Made by a program: the position numbers and the translations under genes | Source of the DNA: Octopus sinensis | Lineage: Eukaryota | Assembly (NCBI RefSeq): GCF_006345805.1 | Contig: NC_043018.1 | Location: 26,970,001-27,034,000 of the forward strand | DNA length: 64,000 nucleotides | Reading direction: 5' to 3' | The notes under the pieces: generated by a model | Database searches by the model: none | The model's input: only the letters and a program-made list of their open reading frames with translations | What the model was told of the DNA's origin: nothing | Shown here: piece after piece, positions 27,470 to 37,086 of the stretch | How the letters are laid out: every line of letters starts with the position of its first letter | Position numbering within the stretch: the first letter of the stretch is position 1

Positions 27470-27505
<36 letters not shown>

Positions 27506-27508
<3 letters not shown>

Positions 27509-27817
27509 GAGAAACTTTCAAAATACAAAGACCTGGAAATAGAGGTAACCAGAATGTGGAATCTAAAAACAGAAACAATTCCTATCATAATAGATGCGTT
27601 AGGATTGATAAAAAAATATTCAGACAAATACATAACAAAAACACCAGGACTTACAAACACATATAACATACAGAAAATTGCACTACTGGGCACTGCACAC
27701 ATCCTACGCAGAACACTTTCCATACAGTAACCATCAGAGCATCACAACAAATCACAGCACATACCCAAGGCACACGGTAGTGAAGTGAAAGCACGCTATA
27801 AAAATAAAACTACTGAA
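27506..27817 (+). mobile_element. R4/Dong-like non-LTR retrotransposon 3' fragment (RLE C-terminus + 3' UTR) inside (TAA)n
   Basis: EKLSKYKDLEIEVTRMW..TETIPIIIDALG......QKIALLGTAHILRR is the R4/Dong-type RLE tail; (TAA)n on both sides. Confidence 0.8.
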
Positions 27818-27862
27818 TGATAATAATAATAATAATAACAATAATAATAATAATAATAAAAA

Positions 27863-28418
27863 ATGCCCTGATGCAGTACCAGACAGTGGCTCTCGTGACT
27901 TCTGACCTTAACTGATTGGAAGTGTTATCATGTACATTGTTTTGTCTTGGTATAAAAGATGGGCTACAGCAAATATTCTGCTCAATACCACAGATTTGCT
28001 TGTCAGTTGTTTGACCTTAACCAGTTGAGCATGTCCCTTAGTGGCTGACGATATGTGCATCTCTGACCACGAGCAGAAGTAGTGGACGAGCATCATAGCC
28101 ATGTGTTGAGAGGGATTCTTTGGAGTTTGGATAATTCACCTCTGGAAACATGAGTGTTTCGTTCAACATCCTTAAACAGTCCTTATTCAGGGACCTTTTG
28201 AGTGGGATGGGCTACTCGACCAGTAGAAAATTCTAACTGGGCCCCACCTGCAAGGTCATGTGCTGTTTATCTTGATATGAGATCACCATGTCGCGCACAT
28301 ATGGTTGTGATGCATGTGCCTGGTGTACTCTTATCAGACGGGTAGTCATGATGGGTATACTGGGCTTCGTATATTTTACCCCAGTGTCACTTTGATGGCA
28401 TACACTGCTCTCTCACTC
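27863..28418. mobile_element. Interspersed repeat family D (~555 bp), (TAA)n-flanked, copy 1
   Basis: Highly similar along its whole length to 49416-49969; both start ATGCCCTGATGCAGTACC and end GCACTGCTCTCTCA(C/T)TC, bounded by (TAA)n. Confidence 0.85.
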
Positions 28419-28452
<34 letters not shown>

Positions 28453-28660
28453 TAATAATAATAATAATAATAATAATATACATAAGTGTGGCTGTGTGGT
28501 AAGAAGTTTGATTCTCAGCCACATGGTTCCATGTTTAGTCTTACTTCGTAGCAACATGGGCAAGTGTTATCTACTATAGGCAGTGGCGGACTGACCAGGT
28601 TGCCAGCTTGCCCGATGGCAAGTGGGTTCCTATGCCATTAGAATCCATATATGGGGGCCC

Positions 28661-29222
28661 AGGTTAGTATCTAAGGGGCCGATGTTAGTATCTAAGGGGC
28701 TGATGTTAGTATCTATGGGGCCTATGTTAGTATCTAAGGGGCCGATGTTAGTATCTTAGGGGCCGATGTTAGTATCTAAGGGACCTATGTTAGCATCTAA
28801 GGGGCCAATGTTAGTATCTAAGGGGCCTATGTTAGTATCTAAGGGGCCGATGTTAGTATCTAAGGGGCCTATGTTAGTATCTAAGGGGCCGATGTTAGTA
28901 TCTAAGGGGCCGATGTTAGTCTCTAAGGGGCCTATGTTAGTATCTGAGGGGCCGATGTTAGTATCTAAGGGGCCTATGTTAGTATCTAAGGGGCCTATGT
29001 TAGTATCTAAGGGTCCGATGTTAGTATCTAAGGGGCCTATGTTAGTATCTAAGGGGCCAATGTTAGTATCTAAGGGGACGATGTTAGTATCTAAGGGGCC
29101 GATGTTAGTATCTAAGGGGCCTATGTTAGTATCTAAGGGGCCGATGTTAGTATCTAAGGGGCCGATGTTAGTCTCTAAGGGGCCTATGTTAGTATCTAAG
29201 GGGCCGATGTTAGTATCTAAGG
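28661..29222. repeat. 21-bp minisatellite (ATGTTAGTATCTAAGGGGCCn), ~27 copies
   Basis: Directly visible; gives the GPLDTNI / MLVSKGP heptad pseudo-ORFs; preceded by a CAGTGGCGGA MITE-type terminus at about 28580. Confidence 0.95.
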
Positions 29223-29393
29223 CGCCCATCCTCTCAAATTTGAACATTTTTTATTCACTCCAAGAAGAATGCATTATTTCAGCCTGGCTGTGTTTGTAGG
29301 CAGTTGAAAAGAATAATTTTAACAAGAAAAAAAAAAAGAACTTTTGACTCAGTTGCTCAGTGATCAGTAGCGACGCCTGCTGGGTTCGGCTAC

Positions 29394-29436
29394 TCAGCAT
29401 TGATAAAGGGCAAATACCCTGAAACATGTCTGCAGA
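29394..29436 (+). ncRNA. Candidate minimal type-I hammerhead ribozyme, U3-A8 core variant
   Basis: TCAGCA-TTGATAA-AGGG caaata CCCT-GAAA-CATGT-C-TGCAGA: stem I, stem II and palindromic stem III (ACATGT) all pair; GUC cleavage site at 29428-29430. Confidence 0.55.
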
Positions 29437-29769
29437 TGCCTGACCAGCAAGGGGAAGCGGCTGACCTCCCCTGTTCGAAGATTATAATGGACACAAGTTC
29501 GTGTGTCATATAGCTAACTAGAGGCGATGGCCTCTTGGAGCTGATCAACGGCAGCTTTCATCCTATATTTATGGACTGCCATATTAGCTTGGCGATAACT
29601 ATTAATATCCAGTACCGCTACCGTGGTCTCTGTTAGAGAGACTTAGAATATTATTTATATATATATATATAAGGCTTTGGTAGGTCCGAGGCTATAGTAG
29701 AAATTTTCCCAAGTGAGACTGGGCCTGGAACCATGCGGCTGGTAAGCAAGATTCTTACCACACACACAT

Positions 29770-29890
29770 ATAGGATGGGTGCTGAAAGTTTCCTTGCTTT
29801 GGGTAAAAGTAAATACAGGAGGATCAGTTAATTATGATTTTATTCAACATTCTCCTCTCAGATTCACACACTTGTTGCAGACCTGAAACA
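29770..29890. mobile_element. Mariner-derived terminal fragment
   Basis: TA-TAGGATGGGTGCTGAAAGTTTCC...TTTTATTCAACAT...CACACTTGTTGCAG resembles mariner TIR and subterminal sequence. Confidence 0.45.
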
Positions 29891-29989
29891 CAAATCGGAG
29901 GATCGGGCCTTGAAATAGGCCTTTCACGATATCCTTAAAGCCGGGAATTTTCCAGCAGCCCATCGTATACGTGCGGATGTAGTTAACTT

Positions 29990-30390
29990 TTTTCTTTATT
30001 ACCCACAAGGGGCTAAACATAGAGGGGACAAACAAGGACAGACAAACGGATTAAGCCGATTATATCGACCACAGTGCGTAACTGGTACTTATTTAATCGA
30101 CCCCGAAAGGATGAAAGGCAAAGTCGACCTCGGCGGAATTTGAACTCAGAACGTAGCGGTAGACGAAATACCTATTTCTTTACTACCCACAAGGGGCTAA
30201 AGACAGAGAGGAGACAAACAAAGACAAACACACGGATTAAGTTGATTACATCGACCCCAGTGCGCAACTGGTACTTATTTAATCAACCCCGAAAAGATGA
30301 AAGGCAAAGCCGATCTCGGCGGAATTTGAACTCAGAACGTAGCAGCAGACGAAATACCGCTAAGCATTTCGTCTGGCGTGCTAACGTTTC
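29990..30390 (-). mobile_element. SINE family C, dimeric copy
   Basis: Two tandem monomers joined at GAAATAC|CTATTTCTTT; both tails end ...GTGGGTA(G/A)TAAAGAAA. Confidence 0.9.
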
Positions 30391-30404
30391 TTAACAATAT
30401 ATCT

Positions 30405-30885
30405 TCTGTAACACATCTGGACACATCTTCAATGATATTTTCTGGGGTCATTGGGTATTTCGGGTTGCTTTCAACTATCAAGCATTCGCCTCACCCAGGC
30501 GATCAACTTGAAGTGAATAAAACAGCACCTTCTGATCCACAGCCACCTGGAAGTAACCTCTGTTACTTCTAAAACCAATTTGATGGCTTTCCGCCTACTT
30601 ACCTCTTTTATATCCAGCATGGTGTAAGCCCTGCAGAGGGACTGGCCTACAATCCCTCTGCCCTCTACCTCGATGGGATCATACCTTACTTACCACCAGT
30701 AGTTTCGACATAAATCCACCACCTCAGTATACTTTGATCTCTTCCTCTCAATTCCCTCCTTAATGTGGTCCTTCTAAGGAATGGAAAGTTCAAACAATCG
30801 CCTGCTTTGATTACTTTCGAGATCAACATCATGCCTGGCCTTCGCGATGTTAAGGTGATAGTTTCTGGGAACTGTACCTTTACTT
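30405..30885 (-). mobile_element. HERO-like non-LTR retrotransposon 3' fragment (RLE + 3' UTR)
   Basis: Minus strand across frameshifts and stops: FPETITLTSRRPGMMLISK / FELSIP*KDHIKEGIERKRSKYTEVVDLCRNYWW*...PIEVEGRGIVGQSLCRAY / RRKAI...TSRWLWIRR. Confidence 0.85.
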
Positions 30886-31272
30886 ACATACATAGATATA
30901 TGCATACATACGTGTGTATGTGTGTGGATGTACATACATATGTGCTAAGGTGTGTGCGCGCGCGCGCGCGCGTGTGTGTCTGATGTGCGTAGGTAAATAT
31001 ATTTCTTCTTAACATATGCTGATGGCGATAAAGACTGGCACACTCACTCTCACACACACACACACACACATAATATAAATAATATATATATATATATATA
31101 TGCATATATACATACGTATATTTTCATACTTACATCTATACACATACACATAAATACATACATACACACATACAAATATTTTGCACAAATATATTTATTA
31201 ATTACATTCACACCGATACACACACACACACACACACACACAGATTTCAATATAAGTCTATATACGTATGTA

Positions 31273-31303
<31 letters not shown>

Positions 31304-31905
31304 GTAAACTCTGTATAATGTATTCCTAAGTCTTCTTCGTCTTTGCTTTTGTATGTAATACAATATCCAAGTTAACGTCTATTCCTGTCTAAACCAAACA
31401 CAAACAACAATATTTGAACAAAGGTGGAAAGGTCAACGAATCACACAACGAAACGATCAGATGAACATTATGGAAAAAGATATTTCTAACAATTTCTCGG
31501 CCGCAAGTAACATTATAAGCGTTGTTGATGTTGAGAAGATGAATGAAGATATTTAATACATGTGGTTCTTATAATAACTAATGACACTGGTGCAATATGT
31601 ACGCACGTGTATGCCTACATGAATTTCTGTGTATGCGTATGTGTGTGTGTGTGTGTGTGTGTGTGTTGTGTGTGTGTGTGTGTGTGTGTGTGTAGCTTCT
31701 TCTGTAGTTTATCATTTATTTATTTCAGTTACTCGGCTGCAACCGTGTTGGAGCCTCACCTTGAAGAGTGAGGAAACAATCCACCACAGACCCATCTCAG
31801 TACGTTTGGAGTATAAAGAAGTACAGTAGTGTGACAAGATGTGAGCGTAGAAGTGTTTTGGGACTGATCTGAAGCATTATTCTTCCATTATTGGATTTAT
31901 CTGAA

Positions 31906-32188
31906 GGCGGCGAGCTAGCAGAATCGTTAGTACGCCGGGCGAAATGCTTAGCAGTATTTCACCCGTCGCTACGTTCTGAGTTCAAATTCCGCCGAGGTCG
32001 ACTTTACCGTTTGTCCTTTCGGGATCGATAAATTAAGTAGCAGTTGAGTACTGGTACTTATTTTATCGATCCAGAAAACATGAAAGGCAAAGTCGATCAC
32101 GGTCGAATTTGAACTCAGAACGTAAAGACGGACGAAATGCCGTTAGACATTTTACCCAGCGTACTAACTATTCCGCCCGCTCACCGCC
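31906..32188. mobile_element. Foldback (palindromic) SINE family C: two 5' halves joined tail-to-tail
   Basis: Forward head and body 31906-32047, inverted head and body 32048-32188; junction at AGTAGCAG-TTGAGTA-CTGGTACT. Confidence 0.85.
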
Positions 32189-32399
32189 TTTTTAATGATA
32201 ACGGTAATATTAACTGACAATGGCTGTTGGACTTTGTTGTTTATTTGTTAAAGATCTCGCTTTATGTTTATAAAAAACAACAAAAAAAAACAGATATATA
32301 ATAACAGATAATAACAGATAATAACTTTATTTATCAAAAAATGCTATGAGGATAAAAATAAACCTTCTTTTCTATATTGTTATTCAATAAAGCCACCTT

Positions 32400-32850
32400 C
32401 AGCTTCAACAACTGGTTTCTATATGAGATCTAAATCATCTACATGCTCGAATCAAGTGGTCCTGGTTCATTTTGAACATTACTCTGACTATGGCAGCTTT
32501 CATAGAATCTTTGGTGTTATGGGCGTGTTTATTGACCTCTCTCTCAACAACGCTCCACATGTAATAATCCAATGGATTGAGACCTGGGGTATTAGGAGGC
32601 CAAATGTTAGGGGTTATGTGATCATGAAAATTTTCAGCCATCCATTCCTGTGTTACTAGAGCCATGTGTGATAGTGCAAAGTCTTTCTGAAACACATATG
32701 GCCTTCCATTGCATACAGTGTCTATCCAGGGCTTAACAATTCTTTCCAGGACTTCAATGTAGGTGGCAGAGTTAACTCTAAGGTCTTGTGGAAAGAAGTA
32801 AGGAGGCATCACATGTCCTTCATTGCTGACAACCCCTAAAACCATGCACC
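32400..32850 (-). pseudogene. Tc1/mariner superfamily transposase fragment (maT/DD37D-like)
   Basis: MVLGVVSNEG..MPPYFF...RVN...Y..VL...VKPW......YVFQ.D.A.SH....TQ.W......WPPNTPGLNPLDYYMWS..E. Confidence 0.85.
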
Positions 32851-33539
32851 CTGTGTACACACACACACACACGTACGTATGTATGTTTGTAGGTGCATGT
32901 ATGTATGTATGTATGTATGTATGTATATATAAGGTTAATATGAAGGGGAAAATTATCCGGGTGCGTACAGTGATAGCTCTCAGGAATATTCCATGCTACG
33001 GGTAAGCGCATCAAGCAATATTAAACATTAATGATCGCTTAGTATGAGCAACCCCGCTGAAAGTCTTCTGATGGGTATCTCCTGATTCGCTTCTCTGGAT
33101 TATGAATATTACCAGGAGTGTAAATCTCAAACAATTACAAAAGTACAGAGAGTGGCAGATCATCAGATTTTCCTTTTAATTTTACAGTTGGTCATTCAGC
33201 ATAATTTTTTGGTTGAAACGACCGATACGTGTTTTTGCTGCACAGAATATGTGCAACCCAGCATAATCTGCTGTGAAACTTCGAACCAGGCTTGTTAAAT
33301 GAAGGTGCACAGCAGACTATACTGGGTTGCATGCGCAACTTCATATATTCCGTGCAGCAGAAACACGTAGTTCCCGTCTGCTAAATTCACAAGGGATTTG
33401 TCGGGCCGAGGCTGTTGTGAAAGATATTTACCCACGGTACCGCGCAGTGGAACGGTACCCGAAATCGTGCGGTTGGGAACAAACTTCTAACCACAAAATC
33501 TTGTCTTACATTTCGAAATAATCCTCTCTGCTATTAGCA

Positions 33540-33918
33540 TAAGGCCTGAAATTTGTGCGGAGGGGGCTAGTCGATTATATCGGTCCCAGTACACAATTGG
33601 TACTTTATTTATCGACCCCGAAAGGATGAAAGACAAAGTCGACCTCGGCAGAGTTTGAACTCAGAACGTAGCAACGGACGAAATACCTATTTCTTTACTA
33701 CCCACAAGGGGCTAAACACAGAGGGGACAAACAAGGACAGATACACGGATTAAGTCGATTATATCGACCCCAGTGCGTAACTGGTACTTATTTAATCGAC
33801 CCCGAAAGGATGAAAGGCAAAGTCGACCTCGGTGGAATTTGAACTCAGAACGTAATGGCAGACGAAATACCGCTAAGCATTTCGCCCGGCATGCTAACGT
33901 TTCTGCCAGCTCGCTGCC
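33540..33918 (-). mobile_element. SINE family C, dimeric copy
   Basis: Same GAAATAC|CTATTTCTTT junction as at 30170; head ends CTGCCAGCTCGCTGCC. Confidence 0.9.
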
Positions 33919-34397
33919 TTGCGCATTTCTAAATGATAATAATAGCATCTATTTGTCCTACTTGAATTCCTCATAACTAAATGGATGTTGGGGCGTTGTT
34001 AAATGAAATCGGAAGCAGAAAAAACAATTATTATATGAAATGGTAAAAGTGAAGAAGAGAAAAGGAGAAAAAAGCTGAGAGGAGAGAGAGGGAAAGGGGA
34101 AGTGGAGATAAAGGAGAGAAGGAAGAATAGAGGAGACCAGGAAGAGGTCAAGGAGATAAAAGAGTAGCAGGAATTCTTTTGGCTTGTGCTTATCGAATAC
34201 CACATAGGCGCTCACACAAGCAGCAGCAGCAACACCACCATCTCAAAAAAGGAGAAACAAGCAATAATAAATCTCTGAGCTGGAGGAGATGTCTTCCTGG
34301 GGCTATAAACTACAGTAGCATCGTCCCACATGGGTCAGCTACATTTAGGTTGCAAACACACTTCAAAATATAATAAATTAATACAAAAAGAAAGAAA

Positions 34398-34554
34398 AAG
34401 TAATGGCTGTGTGGTAAGTAGCTTGCTTACCAACCACATGGTTCCGGGTTCAGTCCCACTGCGTGGCATCTTGGACAAGTGTCTTCTGCTATAGCCCCGG
34501 GTCGACCAATGCCTTGTGAGTGGATTTGGTAGACGAAAACTGAAAGAATCCTGT

Positions 34555-34593
<39 letters not shown>

Positions 34594-34790
34594 TTGCGTG
34601 TCTGTGTTTGTCCCCCTAGCATTGCTTGACAACCGATGCTGGTGTGTTTACGTCCCCGTTACTTAGCGGTTCGGCAAAAGAGACGGACAGAATAAGTACT
34701 GGGCTTACAAAGAATAAGTCCCGGGGTCGATTTGCTCGACTAAAGGCGGTGCTCCAGCGTGGCCGCAGTCAAATGACTGAAACAAGTAAA
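34398..34790 (+). mobile_element. SINE family A, full-length
   Basis: Head TGGCTGTGTGGTAAG / GGGTTCAGTCCC and tail GACTGAAACAAGTAAAA; colinear with 42095-42545. Confidence 0.92.
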
Positions 34791-35200
34791 AAAAAAAGAA
34801 AGAAAAGCAAATAAATAAAATAAAATGAATGTGAATAAACAGGGGGTACCGATAATGCATGTACCATACACATTCCTACACACACACACATACCAAACAT
34901 AGACATACACAGGGATATACGCATGCGCAAATAAAGACGCATACAACAAGAACACAAAATGGAGAGAGACAAAAAAGGAAGAAGAAAGCAAAAGACCACT
35001 GATGAGGTCACAGAAGTGTAACGAAAGAACACTGGACGAAATATAATTAATATGAAATAAAGCTGAAGCAAACGAACACCGAATAAACAGTGCGTGTGTT
35101 TCCATTGGCTAAATTGGCAACATGACCGTCCCCAAATAAAACAATATCTGTTACAACACAGGAGTTCTCATGAAGAATCTTGCAAAACGAATACATAAAC

Positions 35201-35291
<91 letters not shown>

Positions 35292-35323
35292 TATATATAC
35301 ACACATACAAACATATATATATG

Positions 35324-35355
<32 letters not shown>

Positions 35356-35365
35356 TATGTTTGTA

Positions 35366-35399
<34 letters not shown>

Positions 35400-35404
<5 letters not shown>

Positions 35405-36170
35405 AACATATAAACACACATTTGTACACACGCGCACATACATACATACATTCACTCCCACGCACGTACACACACACATTTACATATATATACAATACAC
35501 GCACACATACATACACACGTACAAACACACACTAATTCACATACACACCGACACATATACATACACACAACATATACCTCCACGCGCACGCACACATACA
35601 CATACGTACACACATATAAGCACAGACACACACATACATATGCACACACGCACACAATCATACATACGTATATATACACACACACGCACGTACAAGCACA
35701 CACGCACACATACCTCCCTGTTTCTGACTTGCTAGGGTACCCCCACCCACTCCTTAATTCCACTACTGCCTGCTACCAGCCATCGTCCACCATTCCACTA
35801 CTGCCTGCTACCAGCCATCGTCCACCATACACACACATACACACACACATGCACACACTCACACACACACCCTTGTCATCTCGCACACCTTTTTTACCAT
35901 TCCTTCTCTGATTCAGCTCTTTTGTTTTTAAAAAACATTTTTCCTCCCTTTTGACCACTTCCGTCTTTTTAGTATGTGACCTCGTGAAGACTACCTGCTA
36001 TTTTTTTCCTCTGTCCTCCCGTCTCGGGATCTTTCTTTCTCCTATGTTTCCGACGAAGAGCTCCGCTCGAAACGTCAAACCCTCCTTCTTCCCTTCTTTC
36101 CTGAGCATCCAATTTATTTGTTCCACATCCTTGCGTTGTTGTTTTTTTGTTTTCTTGTTTGGATTAACTT
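35400..36170 (+). mobile_element. Penelope-like pseudo-LTR fragment related to 52703-54390
   Basis: CA-rich tract then GGATCTTTCTTT...ATGTTTCCGACGAAGAGCTCCGCTCGAAACGTCA...CCTGAGC...TTTGGATTAA ending at (TA)n, as in the large element. Confidence 0.75.
36046..36080 (+). ncRNA. Minimal type-I hammerhead-like motif, U4C variant
   Basis: GTTT-CCGACGA-A-GAGC tcc GCTC-GAAA-CGT-C-AAAC: 4-bp stem I, 4-bp stem II, palindromic ACGT stem III, GUC site. Confidence 0.6.
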
Positions 36171-36185
36171 TATATATATATATAT

Positions 36186-36255
<70 letters not shown>

Positions 36256-36276
36256 TTACTGGGAGAACAGTATTGC

Positions 36277-36965
36277 ATGACTGAGCGCCCTCGCGTCGTT
36301 TCGTTTCCTTTCTGTTCTCCCAGTAAGTTTTTTATATATAATTATGACGCGAAACTCCGTAACCCTTTGCTTGATCTTCCCTTCCTTCCTGTCTGTCTTC
36401 CTCTCTTTTGTTTCTCTCCTTCTCTTTTTTCACCCTCTCTGGTTTCCTTCCTCTCTCTCTCTCTCTCTCACTCCTCCTCATCTCTCTCACAGCCGGGTCA
36501 ACGAACTTCCTTTCGCTCGCGGTTTCCTACAAGTAAACATGTTTTCTCCTGCGCTCGTGAATTTTTCCTCGTCTAGGCTTAAAGGCCCTCATTGTTTGTT
36601 TACATGTCCTGTTTTTATTCCTTCTTGTATTTGTATTTTTATTTTGTAATTGTTTTTTATTTGTATTGTTTTTACGTCCTGTTTTTGTCACATTTTTTTC
36701 TTTCCTTGTTTTTACCCCTCTGCAAAGGAATTTTATTTAATTCTTTCGCAGGAAGGGCTAGTTCGACGAGTCGTGTTCTGTCCTCACCTTCGAAACACGC
36801 ATGGAGTCGAACTAGGGACAGCTGATGAAGGGGAATTTTCATTGTGTAGTTTGTCTTGTACTCTGTTTTTTTCGTTGTTAAAAAAAGGTCCGTTTCCATG
36901 TTTGTTTTTACGTTTTCGTTTCTCGTTGAGTTCTACGTCTATTTGTGGTGTCCTGTACTCACGTA
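36277..36965 (+). mobile_element. Probable Penelope-like pLTR/UTR fragment (pyrimidine-rich, ends at TA repeat)
   Basis: TC-rich composition, embedded hammerhead-core motifs and termination at a (TA)-rich tract resemble the other pLTRs in this window; family assignment is inference. Confidence 0.45.
36758..36833 (+). ncRNA. Candidate non-circularly permuted hammerhead ribozyme
   Basis: CGTGT-T-CTGTCC...CCTTC-GAAA-CACG...GGACAG-CTGATGA-AGGGG: intact core, 6-bp stem I and 5-bp stem III, but the strands are in an order that is not type I, II or III. Confidence 0.5.
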
Positions 36966-37043
36966 TATATATTTATATATGCATGTATATATACATGTAG
37001 ATGTAGGTACGTACATATATGTATGTATGCATATATTTTATTT

Positions 37044-37082
<39 letters not shown>

Positions 37083-37086
<4 letters not shown>

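Noticed and set aside
33958-34373. ORFs with a poly-Q/H stretch as a host gene
   Set aside because: Purine-rich low-complexity sequence plus a short CAG run; no domain or credible splice structure.
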